64,000 nucleotides of DNA from Chrysomallon squamiferum (GCA_012295275.1 CM022677.1:9548001-9612000); one strand, 5' to 3'. Shown: positions 28,523-41,889, numbered from the stretch's first letter. Made by a program: numbers and translations. The notes: a model not told the origin generated them from the sequence alone.

Positions 28523-28680
28523 GGTGTACAAGCATGCAGAAGACGCCAGGTGATTATTACTTCGTGTCGGAGGGCGAGACTCAGGTGTGTGGGATGTACG
28601 TGATCGGGGACACTGACACGTTAGTGGAAATCGAGTTCGAAGAGTTCAACATCGAGTGTGAAAACGGAGGATTGTTAGCG
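28523..28680 (+). CDS. CRHBP: CRH-binding protein, coding exon 3 (CTSMQKTPGDYYFVSEGETQVCGMYVIG...IECENGGLLA)
   Basis: CTGCAG acceptor and GTAAGA donor. Three cysteines with CRH-BP spacing; 158 nt. Confidence 0.93.
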
Positions 28681-29475
28681 GTAAGAAACACACACACATA
28701 TTTACATACACGCACACAGACACACACCTCTTGCGTATATTTTACACTCACACACATATATACTACAAAATCAATCAATCAATCAATACAATTTAAAATA
28801 GAAACACTTGGCGGATGATCAAAAAAACAACAACAACACTGGCAACATTATAGGATGACGTAATGAAATCAGCTGTCAGAGATAAAGAAAAGATAGAACT
28901 AAAATAGTTTTGAACAAAAGGTCAAAACAAATGAAAAGAGGACGGTCAAGCAGTCGAGAAGGACAAAGGGGAAGTACTAAACACCTCATGGCGGCAGATA
29001 CAGTTAATCAGTTATCTCGTGTACTGATGAAGGTTTGAACCACGCAACAACAATTTCCAGATTGTGTTGTTTCCGTCTGCTGAGTATCTTGTAAGTTCAA
29101 ATGAGGGCAGACAAGTGAAATGTTGAAAGGTTGAGTGAAACAGGTAGCAGGACTGCACCGCCTCAGCTGGCTGCAACTTTGTTACACCACTAACAGACAG
29201 ACGTGTACACAGACACAGACAGACGTGTACACAGACACAGACTGATTGGAGATGCTATCTGGAGAATATTTCAGAAATATTTCTTCTCCTTTACTTGACA
29301 GTAGAAAATACTTAGAAATGAGAAGTGGAAATATATTTGATAGTCCAAATATAGTAATAATAATATATGTTAATACGAATGCACACTAACATACACACAA
29401 ACTCACATATACATATCAGTAACATCATATAATTAACTTTAAAATTAGTATTAGCTTGACACCACCGCCATCAGC

Positions 29476-30143
29476 ACTACCACTATTACTACCAATGCCA
29501 CTACCACTACTATTACTACCAATGCCACTACCACTACTATTACTACCAATGCCACTACCACTACTATTACTACCACTACTATTACTACCAATGCCACTAC
29601 CACTACTATTACTACAACTACTACTACTATGATCCTTTTTGTTCTTCTTCTTCTTATTATTATTATGATTATGATTATGATTATGATTATTATGATTATT
29701 ATTATGATTATGATTATTATGATTATGATTATTATTATTATGATTATGATTATTATGATTATGATTATGATTATGATTATGATTATTATGATTATGATTA
29801 TGATTATGATTATGATTATTATGATTATTATGATTATGATTATTATGATTATTATTATTATGATTATGATTATGATTATGATTATGATTATTATGATTAT
29901 TATGATTATGATTATGATTATTATGATTATTATGATTATGATTATTATGATTATGATTATGATTATTATGATTATGATTATGATTATTATGATTATGATT
30001 ATTATTATTATGATTATGATTATTATGATTATGATTATTATGATTTATTATGATTATGATTATTATGATTATGATTATTATTATTATTATTATTATTATG
30101 ATTATTATTATTATTATGATGATTATTATGATTATGATGATTG
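29476..30143. repeat. 27-bp ACT/CCA repeat followed by a long (ATT/ATG)n compound microsatellite
   Basis: ACCAATGCCACTACCACTACTATTACT units, then a short pyrimidine run, then about 490 nt of ATT/ATG triplets. Confidence 0.95.
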
Positions 30144-30157
30144 TTACTGTGGTGGAG

Positions 30158-30368
30158 GTGGTGGACGGATGGGAACTGCAAGGCGAGTTTTTCCCCAGCA
30201 TGGAGGACTCCGGGGAGAGTTTTGACGAGCGGTACTCGACGTACTGCGGCTACAACAAGCCGAGACGTTTCTACTTAGCCGACCAGAACGTGGCCTTGTT
30301 ACAGTTCTTTGTTCCACAGGAAGGTCAAGGGTTCAGGGTCAAGGTCAGATTCCTGAAAAACCCACAGC
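30158..30368 (+). CDS. CRHBP: CRH-binding protein, coding exon 4 (VVDGWELQGEFFPSMED...YCG...QNVALLQFFVPQEGQGF...NPQ)
   Basis: Hallmark CRH-BP motifs DGWxLxGExFP, YC, QNVA and NPxPC. 211 nt with a C|GTAAGT donor. The acceptor is an atypical GAG. Confidence 0.94.
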
Positions 30369-30557
30369 GTAAGTAAAGATAATTTATAGCATTATAACGC
30401 TTCATTCTCTCTGAGTTCCACAGCAAAGTCAGTTTCCTCTCTGCTGAGTTCAGGGTTTCTTAACAGCAAAGTATCACTGGTTTGCCGATTCAAAGAAATA
30501 AACAACTTGTATTCGGAGTACGGAAATTTTCATTTTCATTTTCATTGTGTGTGTGTG

Positions 30558-30627
<70 letters not shown>

Positions 30628-31064
30628 CTAATAAACCAGTTTCTTTTTACGTTCGTTTATTTATCTTTCCTTCAAGCTTAATTATTTCCAGTAAGGAAAC
30701 AAACTTGTAACAGTTAGATGTTCTTTCTCTGTGTCACTGATAATAAACAGTGAAGAGATTTTCAAAATGCAGAACTCCTTACAGCGAGAATAAATACATC
30801 GTCTTATTCCATTGGTTATTGTGTTTGTTTGTTGTTGTTGTTGTTGTCGTTGTTGTTGTTGTTTGTGAGTGGGTAGGTTTCATAATGAGAATCAACACGA
30901 GTCAAGGGAAATAACTCTTCATTGATTATTTAATCAGTTCTTTCAGTTTTCCAGAAGCAACGTTTCTTTGCTTATTTCCCTTCAACCAGCCATCTCTCTT
31001 CACGTTTCGACCATTATGCAAACTGCTTTACCCCAAGTTAACAAAATAATAATTAACAGTGATG

Positions 31065-31133
<69 letters not shown>

Positions 31134-31415
31134 TCTCAAACAATAAACATTAGAAATTTGTGTAATTTAAAAAAAGAATAAACATTTCGTATCTTTTATT
31201 TAATTATTTGTTGCTGCTGTTTTGTAGAAGTAATAAAAACAAAAACAAAACGAGAAGATATGAAAATTGGAAATTTTTGCTATTTGAAGGACTTCAGTGG
31301 TGTGTAATAAATATAAACAGAAATAGACAGTGATATGAAGACATAGTAAATGGCGCGTTCCTAAGAAAACTCTTCTTCATGTTTATTATAGAAACATTTC
31401 TCATATTTTTCCCAG

Positions 31416-31576
31416 CTTGCAACACAATTTCCATGTACAACGAGTCTGTGGCCACCATCAAGAATTACGGAAGAAAACGAAACTGCACGATGAAAATGAT
31501 TTACCCCGAGAACATCCTTCTGCTGGCCGTCGACATCGGCTCCTCCACCGAGGAGGAGACAGGGCTATCTGTCCGG
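31416..31576 (+). CDS. CRHBP: CRH-binding protein, coding exon 5 (PCNTISMY...RNCTMKMIYPENI...)
   Basis: TTTTTCCCAG acceptor and CGG|GTACAG donor. PCN, RNC(T) sequon and IYP motifs. Confidence 0.92.
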
Positions 31577-31774
31577 GTACAGACTCTTCTCAACACATTC
31601 CTTTTACATACACAAGTTTGTTCACGTATTTATCAAGCAACTATCAAACTTTTCTTTGTTTTTCTTCTATTATTTAATATTAATTAAGTTTGTTTGTTTG
31701 TGAATACATGTGTGTAAATATAAATATAAATATATATTACTTTTTTATTGTTGTTGTTGTTGTTGTTGTGACAG

Positions 31775-31883
31775 TGCGAGACGCCGGCAGGAAGTGACTA
31801 CGTGGAGATGCTGTATGGAAATGGACTGGACACTGAATACATGAACCGCAGAATGGCCTTCTGTGGCGTCCGTTCTAAATCAG
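31775..31883 (+). CDS. CRHBP: CRH-binding protein, coding exon 6 (CETPAGSDYVEMLYGNGLDTEYMNRRMAFCGVRSKS)
   Basis: Translated by hand. Contains the C...DYVE..G.GLD...M.....C motif, with ACAG acceptor and CAG|GTGACT donor. Confidence 0.93.
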
Positions 31884-32059
31884 GTGACTTTATCTCTTTT
31901 TTAAATCACAAGAAATCAGCTTACACTTTCTTATCTGTTCACTTACATAATACATTTAGTTTCTTACTTACATCTAACTAACCATACTAAAGTTAAGTTA
32001 TTTGCTTATTTTCTTGTCTACCTATCTAGTTAGTTAGTCACTTACTTGTTTGTTCACAG

Positions 32060-32199
32060 CTCGGAGACGGGTGTTGCTGGGCTGCCAGCAGTCTGCTATA
32101 CGACTCGTGTCCAGTGGAATGTTTCATAATTCCGTCACCTTCTCATTCTCCCTGCCCACGCCCGAACAGTTGGCACGGTTCAGTTCTAACAGATGTTGA
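32060..32199 (+). CDS. CRHBP: CRH-binding protein, coding exon 7 (ARRRVLLGCQQSAIRLVSSGMFHNSVTFSF...NRC*)
   Basis: Translated by hand. GC....RLVSSG...N.VTF motif, terminal Cys, TGA at 32197-32199. The joined CDS is 903 nt (300 aa). Confidence 0.93.
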
Positions 32200-32241
32200 G
32201 GTGAATATTTTATTAATTATAACTCTAGTGACGTTAATAAA

Positions 32242-32309
<68 letters not shown>

Positions 32310-32327
32310 ACACACACACACACATAC

Positions 32328-33526
32328 ACTCACACACGTATAGGAATTAATTAGGCATATTTTTTCAGACTGAGCAACTTTAATGAACTGTTACAGGAAA
32401 TGTGTCAAAGATTTCCATATATGAAATTTTCTGTGAACAGAAAGGGATGAGGAGAAATACATCAATAATACCAAGACAGAATCTGGTTATTTGAAGATGA
32501 TACAGATTTAGAGACATGATTTCATTTCATTCGGAAATATTACATATTTCACTGTTGTTGCACAGACTACTGAACTGTCAGTAACATACACACATCTGGT
32601 TCACGTTAGTGAAGAATAATGAACAACAGCTTCACCTCCTCATTCCTTGGTTAAATCTATGGATTTGATTTTGAGGAATCCGGTTCCAATCCTTATGCAA
32701 ATCAGCAGTCGGTTCATTGACAATGTGGACAGGTGAGGCTCTCTGACTAATACAACATCCAAAAATGTCCCACAGACGCTCAGTGGGACTGAGATCTGTA
32801 CTCGTGGCTGGCCATGGAATGGTCTCAGCAGCGTTCAGAGTGCAAGAACAGTGCGTGCTCTATGAGGCCTGGTATTGACGTAAGTGAAGATGGGTCTTGT
32901 GATTAGAGGAGGAGGACAACAGCTCTCTCTCGAAGATCTGCTGTTGATACCGAGTCCCGTTAACGTTACTACGAATGGTGACGAGGTTCATCTTGCAGCC
33001 CAACGATTTGTATCCCATTCCATGACTGACCTTCCCCCAAAGGAAACGTGTCTTGGATATTGTGGGGAACCAATAAGAAAGTGAATGAACCGCCATGATC
33101 CAATGACCCAGCAAACACGGTGAATACATAGGCAAATCGTGCTGTTGTCTTAAGGGATCTTCCAGGACTTGAGCGATCTCTAACATCACTGCTAGCTCTG
33201 TGTTTGTTCAGCAGTTTTGAAATGATGGAAATATTGCGTCCAAGCTGAGGTATAATTCGTCTCAGTGACATCACTTCATTTCTCTTGTCAGTAATTTTTC
33301 ACAAATCACGATATACTATGACAATTACAGTCCAGCAGAGAGTAAGACATATAATGATTACAAACTTAATTTCAGCACTGTTGAATGTGACATTTCACGT
33401 GCATTGTTTGTCGTTGCACATCAAATATCTTCAGGAAAGTCATGGTATTCAGCAAAATGCCACATGTCAATAAATCATTCAGGAAAATGCTTTGTTTTAT
33501 GAATTGGATGTTGCTTAATTTCCATA

Positions 33527-33535
<9 letters not shown>
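32328..33535 (-). mobile_element. Decayed Tc1-family DNA transposon (frameshifted, internally deleted transposase at about 33274-32578)
   Basis: Minus-strand fragments in the correct order: RDRSSPGRSLKTTAR (HTH linker), SNVNGTRYQQQI, FTYVNTRPHRAR (decayed FQQDNARPH), WPATSTDLSPTERLWD (Tc1 WPxxSPDLNPIE motif) and DWNRIPQNQIHRFNQGMRR. The ends are approximate. Confidence 0.85.
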
Positions 33536-33587
<52 letters not shown>

Positions 33588-33634
33588 ATGTGTTTGTTTG
33601 TGTGTGTATGTGCGTGTGTGTGTATATATATATA

Positions 33635-34889
33635 GGGGTAAGGTGGGGTAATTCTGGCCTCCGAGGTATATTATAACATGCAGCCGCTATACTGCTCAGT
33701 CCAGATTTCTGGAACTTTGTTGATATAAATAGAACCTTCCTATCTCTCAGTAGAACAAAGGATGTAGGTAATCAGTCATTTACCTGTGGAGTATAGTGGC
33801 CATGAAAGTAAAAACAACAACAAGGCTGTAAAAAAGTGTATTTTGAGGTTTCAAAAGTGAGTGTTATTTTTTACTCTTATAGACATAAGGTTAGTGATAC
33901 CTTATAACAGGTAAACATATAATCAATTATTAAGTTCAGCAGAAGAAACTTGATTAATGTGTGGTAATTAGGCAAGAAGTGTGTGTGTTTTATTTCACTC
34001 CACCACTAGGGTCAATTCATGGATGGGGTAAATCTGGCCCCATGTGTGATGCTGAAATCAACAGTTTTGGCATCGATACAGTCCATTCTGAGTTTTATTT
34101 AAGTTTTAAACAGATGAAAGACCACGGTCCTACTGGTGGGGCAGGTCGTTAAACTTCCAAAAAAATCAAGAGGATGAGGCATTGACAGAAGAAGAAAGTG
34201 TCAAGCGCTATGAAGAAGAGTTGGCAGAGAAGACCGGTAGAAGGAAGAAAAGGCAAAGAAAACAAAGATGAGAGAGGCAAAACTACAAAAAAATTCAGAA
34301 GAAGATACCAAAGTGAAAACGGCAGCTCAATTTGAATGCTACAGCAGAACCGGTGGATGCAGCCAAAGAAAACGTTGATGGTGATGAGCCTGAACTAGAA
34401 GACAGAGATGTAGTAGATACACAACAAAAATGTGAACTCTGTGGCAGAGTTGATGATGGAATGAATTCTGACGAGTTCATAGGATGTGACGGGTGCCCAA
34501 ATTGGTATTGTCTTGATTCTTGCGCAAATCTTGAAATCCCAGCTGGTGCAGACTTTAAAGATATTGTATTCTTGTGTGGTATTTGTCAAGGAGTTTAGTT
34601 TATTGAAGTCTTGAATCTGACTTGTATGATGATTAGGACTCATTATTAGTATAGGAAATAATGATTACATAGCAATAATCAGTACAACAAATTTGAGAAC
34701 CAAAATACATCATAAATCATCGGGGCAAACCTGGCTCCCATTTCAAACCTGGAAGCACTAAGTGTTTGTGTGTTTTGAAGCAGAAATAGATTTACTTCAC
34801 ATTATTCACTCCATTTTGTCGTTTCCTTTTGTCTGTGAAACTGTAGGTGAGGCTGAATGGAAAAGGGGGCCAGAATTACCCCACCTTAC
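33635..34889 (+). mobile_element. Non-autonomous TIR DNA transposon (probably pogo/Tc1-mariner superfamily) inserted in a TA run
   Basis: Perfect 22-bp inverted repeat GTAAGGTGGGGTAATTCTGGCC (33638-33659) / GGCCAGAATTACCCCACCTTAC (34868-34889), with TA on both sides and an internal TIR-like copy at 34024-34040. Confidence 0.88.
34160..34598 (+). pseudogene. Transposase C-terminal remnant: charged region plus PHD-type zinc finger
   Basis: CELC...FIGCDGCPNWYCLDSC...FLCGIC* has PHD spacing. It is preceded by a frameshifted K/R/E-rich segment. No DDE domain is visible. Confidence 0.7.
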
Positions 34890-34941
34890 TATATATATAT
34901 ATATATATATATATGTGTATATGTATATATATACACACATG

Positions 34942-34972
<31 letters not shown>

Positions 34973-35158
34973 ACATTCACTACTTTTTTCTTCGTTGTAA
35001 CATTTAAACGTAACTACAAGCAAAAAATGAATTACTATCATTAAATTAACAATTATTATTACAATGTATAGAAACATATTTTATTATTGTTGTTATATTA
35101 TTATTATATTGTTTTTGTTGTTGTTATTATTATTGTTATATTATTATTATTACTGTTG

Positions 35159-35189
<31 letters not shown>

Positions 35190-35706
35190 ATCTCTTGTTC
35201 TGTTTTAGGACTCAGTGTCTCAGAAACGTCTGTATGTTCACGAGAAGCATTATGCAGAATTACCTCCCTTCACAAGGCAGAAGATCTTTTTTACCGAAAA
35301 ATCTTAAACGTTAGACAAATAAGAAACTAAATTACAGAAGAATATATGAAAAAACCCATTAAAAATAATAATTAAAGTATTTAACTTAACTTACAAGACT
35401 GAATGTTCAAAACTGAACTGAACAATCATTTACTAGGTACAAGATAAAAGATTAAAACAGACGATTAAAGGAAATTAATTAATTAAGGACTGCTTGTTCC
35501 AGGATTAGTTACACAAATGAACAAATCTAATTATATAAATCTAGTTATGTCTTCGTTTCAATACTTTATAAAATTAAGTGTATTCCTGTCTGTTACAGAA
35601 ATATCTAAATGACGAAATCTGGTGTTCAGTTTTGCCTTTGTGCTCGTATTAAAGATATCATACAGTGACGTGTCTTCATTACTTTCATCATCATCTATAT
35701 TACTAT

Positions 35707-35742
<36 letters not shown>

Positions 35743-37217
35743 CAGCAGTAGTAGTAGTAGTATAGTAGTAGTAGCAGTAATAGTAGTAGTACTGTTATTA
35801 TTGCTGGTGTGTTATAATTATAATAATAAAATAATTACAATTCCTTAATACCACTACTATAGTAGTAATAATAATTTATACATATATATACAGTGAGAGA
35901 GATACAGACAGAGAGAGTGACTTTTCTTTCTATCTATCTTCTGTATTTTTGTTCTTCTGTTAATAATATTTGATGCTAGTTAGTGCTGGTACTTTGTCGT
36001 ATAACTGGTCCGTTCCTGGATACATCTCGATACTCTCAGTCCTCTGTTTACCAAACAGACTCGTGTTTGCTTTCAGCTGAACCACCGCTTTCCATTTTAG
36101 CAGTAATTTAGCTGAAAGACGTCACAGACTTGATTTTCTTTCCAGTCTTTTAAGCAGCGAACGTCTCTTTACTAATAACGTTTCGCATTCAATTCAATTT
36201 GTTAAGAGTGGCCTGAATAAAACGTGTTCAAATAAAAAACGTTTGATCGTGTAATACCCTTTGAGAGAAAGAACGTAAGCAGATTACTTATTTAAACATC
36301 AGAGATTCTGCAAATACTCAAGTAAAGAGAGTTAATGTGAAAATCGCAGGAAAAGGAAGCTATTAAAGGATAATTTCAATGTTAGTGAAAGAATCTGTGA
36401 GAAACGTTTAGATAGCATATTAAACTGTGGAAATATAAAAACTGTAAAAAGCTTCTCCCTCCGAACACTGAGTCCACAGATACAAATAAATATGAAGCAA
36501 CATCTAAACACTACCATTTCTAATAATATGTTACTACTACTAGTGATACTACACTTCTATCACTAATTTACAATTTAATTACTGCTACTACTACAACAAC
36601 TCAAGCGTCTGCTGCTGCTGCTAACGCAATGTAGTCAACTACAACAAACATACGTTACTAGTAATAACAATAATAATACTGTCACAGATCAAAGTTTAAT
36701 ATAAACAACAAATATAATGAAATTTAATAATGCTTTACACACCCATCATATATACTATGTGCGAACAGACACAGTATATCATTCTAACACGTTGTGGTGT
36801 TTATTAGACTAAAATAAAAGGTTTCAAAGATTTTTCTAACTTAAAACGCAGATTCATTTAAACTAAAAGTGTTGAACCTCCCCCTCTCCGTTAATACGTC
36901 ACATCCATCACTGCAGGCCGCACGTCACGTGACTGGCAGTTGGAGACCACGTTATCCGACTGGGAAGACGTGAAAAACGAGCTTAACGCTTCACTGATTT
37001 TTGAAAGCAATACACTTTTATCAGAAACGCGCAGATTTCTTTAGTCTCAGTACACAGAAGACGATTTCTTATGCATGTAGAGAATTCGTATTGAAATTAG
37101 ACCAAAAAAAAGTTTTAATCTTAGAGCGTTTCTATATTTATCCATCTGGCTGTATAATTATTTATTATCTCAGTATCTGTTATTACCCACCCACACCCCA
37201 TACACCGATGCGCGCGT

Positions 37218-37549
<332 letters not shown>

Positions 37550-38193
37550 TATATATATATATATATAAAATACTTAATTGCCATTTAGTTAGGGTTTTTC
37601 TAAACAAAAACTTTGTGTAATTATTTTTTATTATTATTCGTAATTTAGTTATGAGACGTTTGCCTCAGTCTAGATACGGCCGAGTATATCCGCATGTGCA
37701 TTATTTTTATTACTCGATCTAATCAGTTTTTCAGTAATCAAAGTTCGGGTTTTGCTGTCTTGGGAAAGGTTATCGTTCAGCTTATACCGAGGATAAACTG
37801 AAACGGCTTATCTATTACAGCATCATTACTGTAACGTATTTTTTTTATTGTAGTCAGCTTGGTAACAGTTGAACTGAAAGTACAGGATATATTCAGTCAT
37901 TCAGTGTTTCTCATTAGACAGTCATGTGAATTTCTCCAGTGACTTGCAGCACGTAACGCTGACCCGGGAGAGACGTTTGCAGTGTTTGTTTGTTGTGTTC
38001 CTCGTAGCGATGCGTCGACGATGACGGCATCCACGAAGATGCTTACCACTATTACGACAACAACAGCTGCGAATGTACGTACATTTTGATCATGAGCTTG
38101 CTGTGCTACACTGTCTGCATCAACTGAGTTTTAAATCAACAATGATAAGAAAATTCTGGTCAACATAACGAAGATTATGAAATGATGATGATG

Positions 38194-38262
<69 letters not shown>

Positions 38263-39197
38263 GAATGGTTTAATGCTTGTTATGATGACATCGATGATAA
38301 GATAATTAATTACATCCTTTCTCACTAGGACTTAAAAAAGCAAACAACAGTGACACAGTTACATAAATAACTGAACGCGTTCTGGAAAATGTTCTTGCAT
38401 CTTCTTTATAACAACACTTTAGCTACTTCATTTAATCTTCACAGCTTTAACCAACTAGCTCAAAACATTTGTGGATCGACAAAGAACATTTGTAAACACG
38501 TGAAACAAATGTTTACTTTCAATCACACACACGTAAACAAACACACATACAAACACACACACATACACACAAAACATACCCACATAAACATACACACACA
38601 CATAAACAGACACATACACACAAACTAACATAAACACAGGCACAAAGTCACACAGTAAATATCTGTTCGCAGTAATCACTTCTATAAAGTATTTAACGTT
38701 GTAACTGAGTGACAGGAGCATGTACTGTTAGTTCCGCTTGGTTTTCAGTTCGTCTGACTAGAACTGATTATTTAAACTGCAATCTCGTAAGTATGTTTGT
38801 GTGTGCATGTTCGTCTGTGTTTGTGTGTATGTGTGCTGATTTGCGTGTGTGTTTGTATGTATGTGTGTGTGATTTGCGTGCATATTTGCATTATATATGA
38901 TTAGATTTTTGTCGAAAGCAAGGAAAACGACGCTCGTCACTAATTTCTCTGATTTAAGCCTGCACACGCGACCTATCTGACCACACGTCTGCGCAGACAA
39001 CACGTGGAGTGATTATTGTTTTTATAATCGTTGACGTGGTTGCTGCGCCACGCTCCGGACGTCGTTGTGATCACGTGTCCTGTTTACAGTGGTGATTTAA
39101 TGAAGTCAGTGAACATCACCGCTGAGTTGATTACATACTCAGCTAAACCCACTGTGTTAGAATAGATGGATAAATGAATCAGCTCTGTGTCTATCCA

Positions 39198-39241
<44 letters not shown>

Positions 39242-41158
39242 GATGTGTATGTGTGCGCGCGCGTGTGTGTGTGTGTCGGTCTAATAAAAAAACAAAACAA
39301 AAAAAAACCCAGATTTTAATACCAAATGAAAAGAGGATTCCAACAGATATTTCTACATATTTATTTTATCATCAAAACAGCACAATAATAAATACTCGCA
39401 CATAGTCATTCACTTATTGAACATAAATAAAACTTATCCGAAGTGTTGATTTCTACATCAGCCAAACACAGGCAAATTAACTTTTACATTTAATCTAATT
39501 TTGTTTTAATTTTTTTGTACAAGGTATGACCTAGGATATTAATCAAGTCAAAAATTAAAGAATAACTAACCTTACTCTTCGTCAAAATTTCACCTCATAT
39601 ATGTATAAATGTTTTTTTCTAAAAAAGAACCAACTACTTAAACGTATGCCAAGCTGAGCGAAACGTTACGCGCTCATGTTACGTATACAGAATTTTCAAT
39701 AAAATAAATCAGTTATTAAATAGATAAAAATAAACTTAATCAATATGTATATGTATGACTGGTTTATTTATGTGTGGGGGGTATATGTGTCAGTGTGCGT
39801 TTTCTTATGAATGAGTGTAAATATAAAAATCATCTTTATCAATACTAAAAAATTTAATTCGATTTTTGAGGACGAATAGTTCTTCTCATCTCACTCAAGT
39901 CACTGCTGCGTCTGAAACCTGAAACACGAAGCTATCTGTTTTAAAACGTGAAAATACGTAATTAAAAAATACAAATTTTGAATTCGATTTTGCGGTCCAT
40001 CTGAAGAAGTGGTTGTTTACAGAACACTGTAGAGGCGATGGTAAACGTTGAAAAACTAAAAAAGTAAACTTACAAAGTAAATTCACACAGTGGCTGCTTC
40101 ACGTGTTCAAGTACCAGAGATCGATTCCAGTCTATGGACTCGCGTTGAAATGATTGAAAGTAAACATTTGTCTCATGTGTTTACATATGTTCTTTGTCGG
40201 TACACCAAATGTTTTGAGCTAGTTGGTTAGAGCTGTTTGCTGGCCTGAGAATTAAAGGAAACAAAACGTAAATTAAAAAGAGAAATACACTGGCCAGATT
40301 ACTTGTACCTAATCATATAACTCTTCTACAGTTCATAGCATCACTGACATCACACTGAACATAAGAATCAGTGACATCGAAGATGACTTGGAAATTTACG
40401 GCTGCTCGTGGTACATGTAGCGGCAGCGGCATCAGTAGTAGCTGCTGTAGCTGCTGTAGCGTTAAGGTAAAGAAAATATGACTGTATCTGATTTTAACAC
40501 GAGTCGCTGTAACGATAAATAAACGAAGATTGATTGCGATGTGAAACCTTTCTGAGATGACAGCTCAGAGTTCATCACATTCACTAAGATTGGCTGTTGA
40601 ACTTTCTCTCTCCCTCGTGACGGAGCTGAAATCAAACGGCGGAATTTACTACGAGCACTACGGGGACACTTCGTTGAAATTCGTTTATCTCCGCCTGGCT
40701 GCTCTCCACTGCTGAACTGGTGAAGATTGCAGCTGGATGCGTGTGTGGCGCGAACAAACTGGAAGGCAGTTTTAACAGCAGAGCAGTTTCTTCACAGACA
40801 CAGACACACAGACAGACTGAAAGCTCTCGGAGTGTTCGCAATAATGAAATTAGAAAATATGGATTATTATGAAAGTTAATTTTGATGTGACGTTTGCACG
40901 TTTCACGTTAAAAAGTAAGTATCTTAATTTTAAAATTTATTATTACAATTATGTTGTTGCTGTTGTTGTTGATATTTGTATTACAGTTATTGTTATTATT
41001 GTCATATATGTTTCTTTAATAATACCATGAACAATTTCAACAACAGTTTACTACTACTACTACCTCTACTGCTACTACTATTACTACTAGTACTACTACT
41101 ACAACTAATACTAATAATGATGATGATAATAATAACATAATAATTAATAATAATAACC

Positions 41159-41205
<47 letters not shown>

Positions 41206-41621
41206 CAGAAATAAACTGAAACAAGAAACAATAAAATTAAAAATTAATAGAAAAAAAAAAAAAAAAAAAAAAATGTTAAGGTATCTGATTCTCCAAGACA
41301 GAAAATAAAATAGTAGAGAAATGTTAATAAAGTTTAATATTAAATCTCAGTTCTGGTTGCAAAATAATGACAGCTTGTTCCGTGTGCCTGGATGAAGTTA
41401 ATGGACGTCTGATATGAATATACATATTTATAAACAACAGTTTGATCAATCGATACACGAGTTCGGTGTGAGCAGAACCTCAGAAACACGTAATACAATA
41501 ACAGCTGTACATTTGTGTCGTTGTCGTTGTTGGTGGCGGTGTTTATTCTGTTATTATTATTGTTGTTGTTTTTGTTGTTGTTGTTTTTGTATCCTTATTA
41601 TCTTTATTATTGTTATTATTG

Positions 41622-41652
<31 letters not shown>

Positions 41653-41804
41653 AACTATTACTATTTATTGTTGTTGTTGTTATTATAAGATGAGAAGGAA
41701 AGAAGTGTGAATTAATATTAAAATTTAATTTAATGGTTTTGAATTTTATTCTTAAAAATTATAATTTTATCTCTGTCTTGTCTAATAACAAACTTTTTAT
41801 GCTG

Positions 41805-41889
<85 letters not shown>

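Noticed and set aside
29425-30201. 258-aa minus-strand His/Asn/Ser-Gly-rich ORF
   Set aside because: It is the reverse translation of the ATT/ATG and ACT repeats, overlapping the real CRHBP exon 4 on the other strand.
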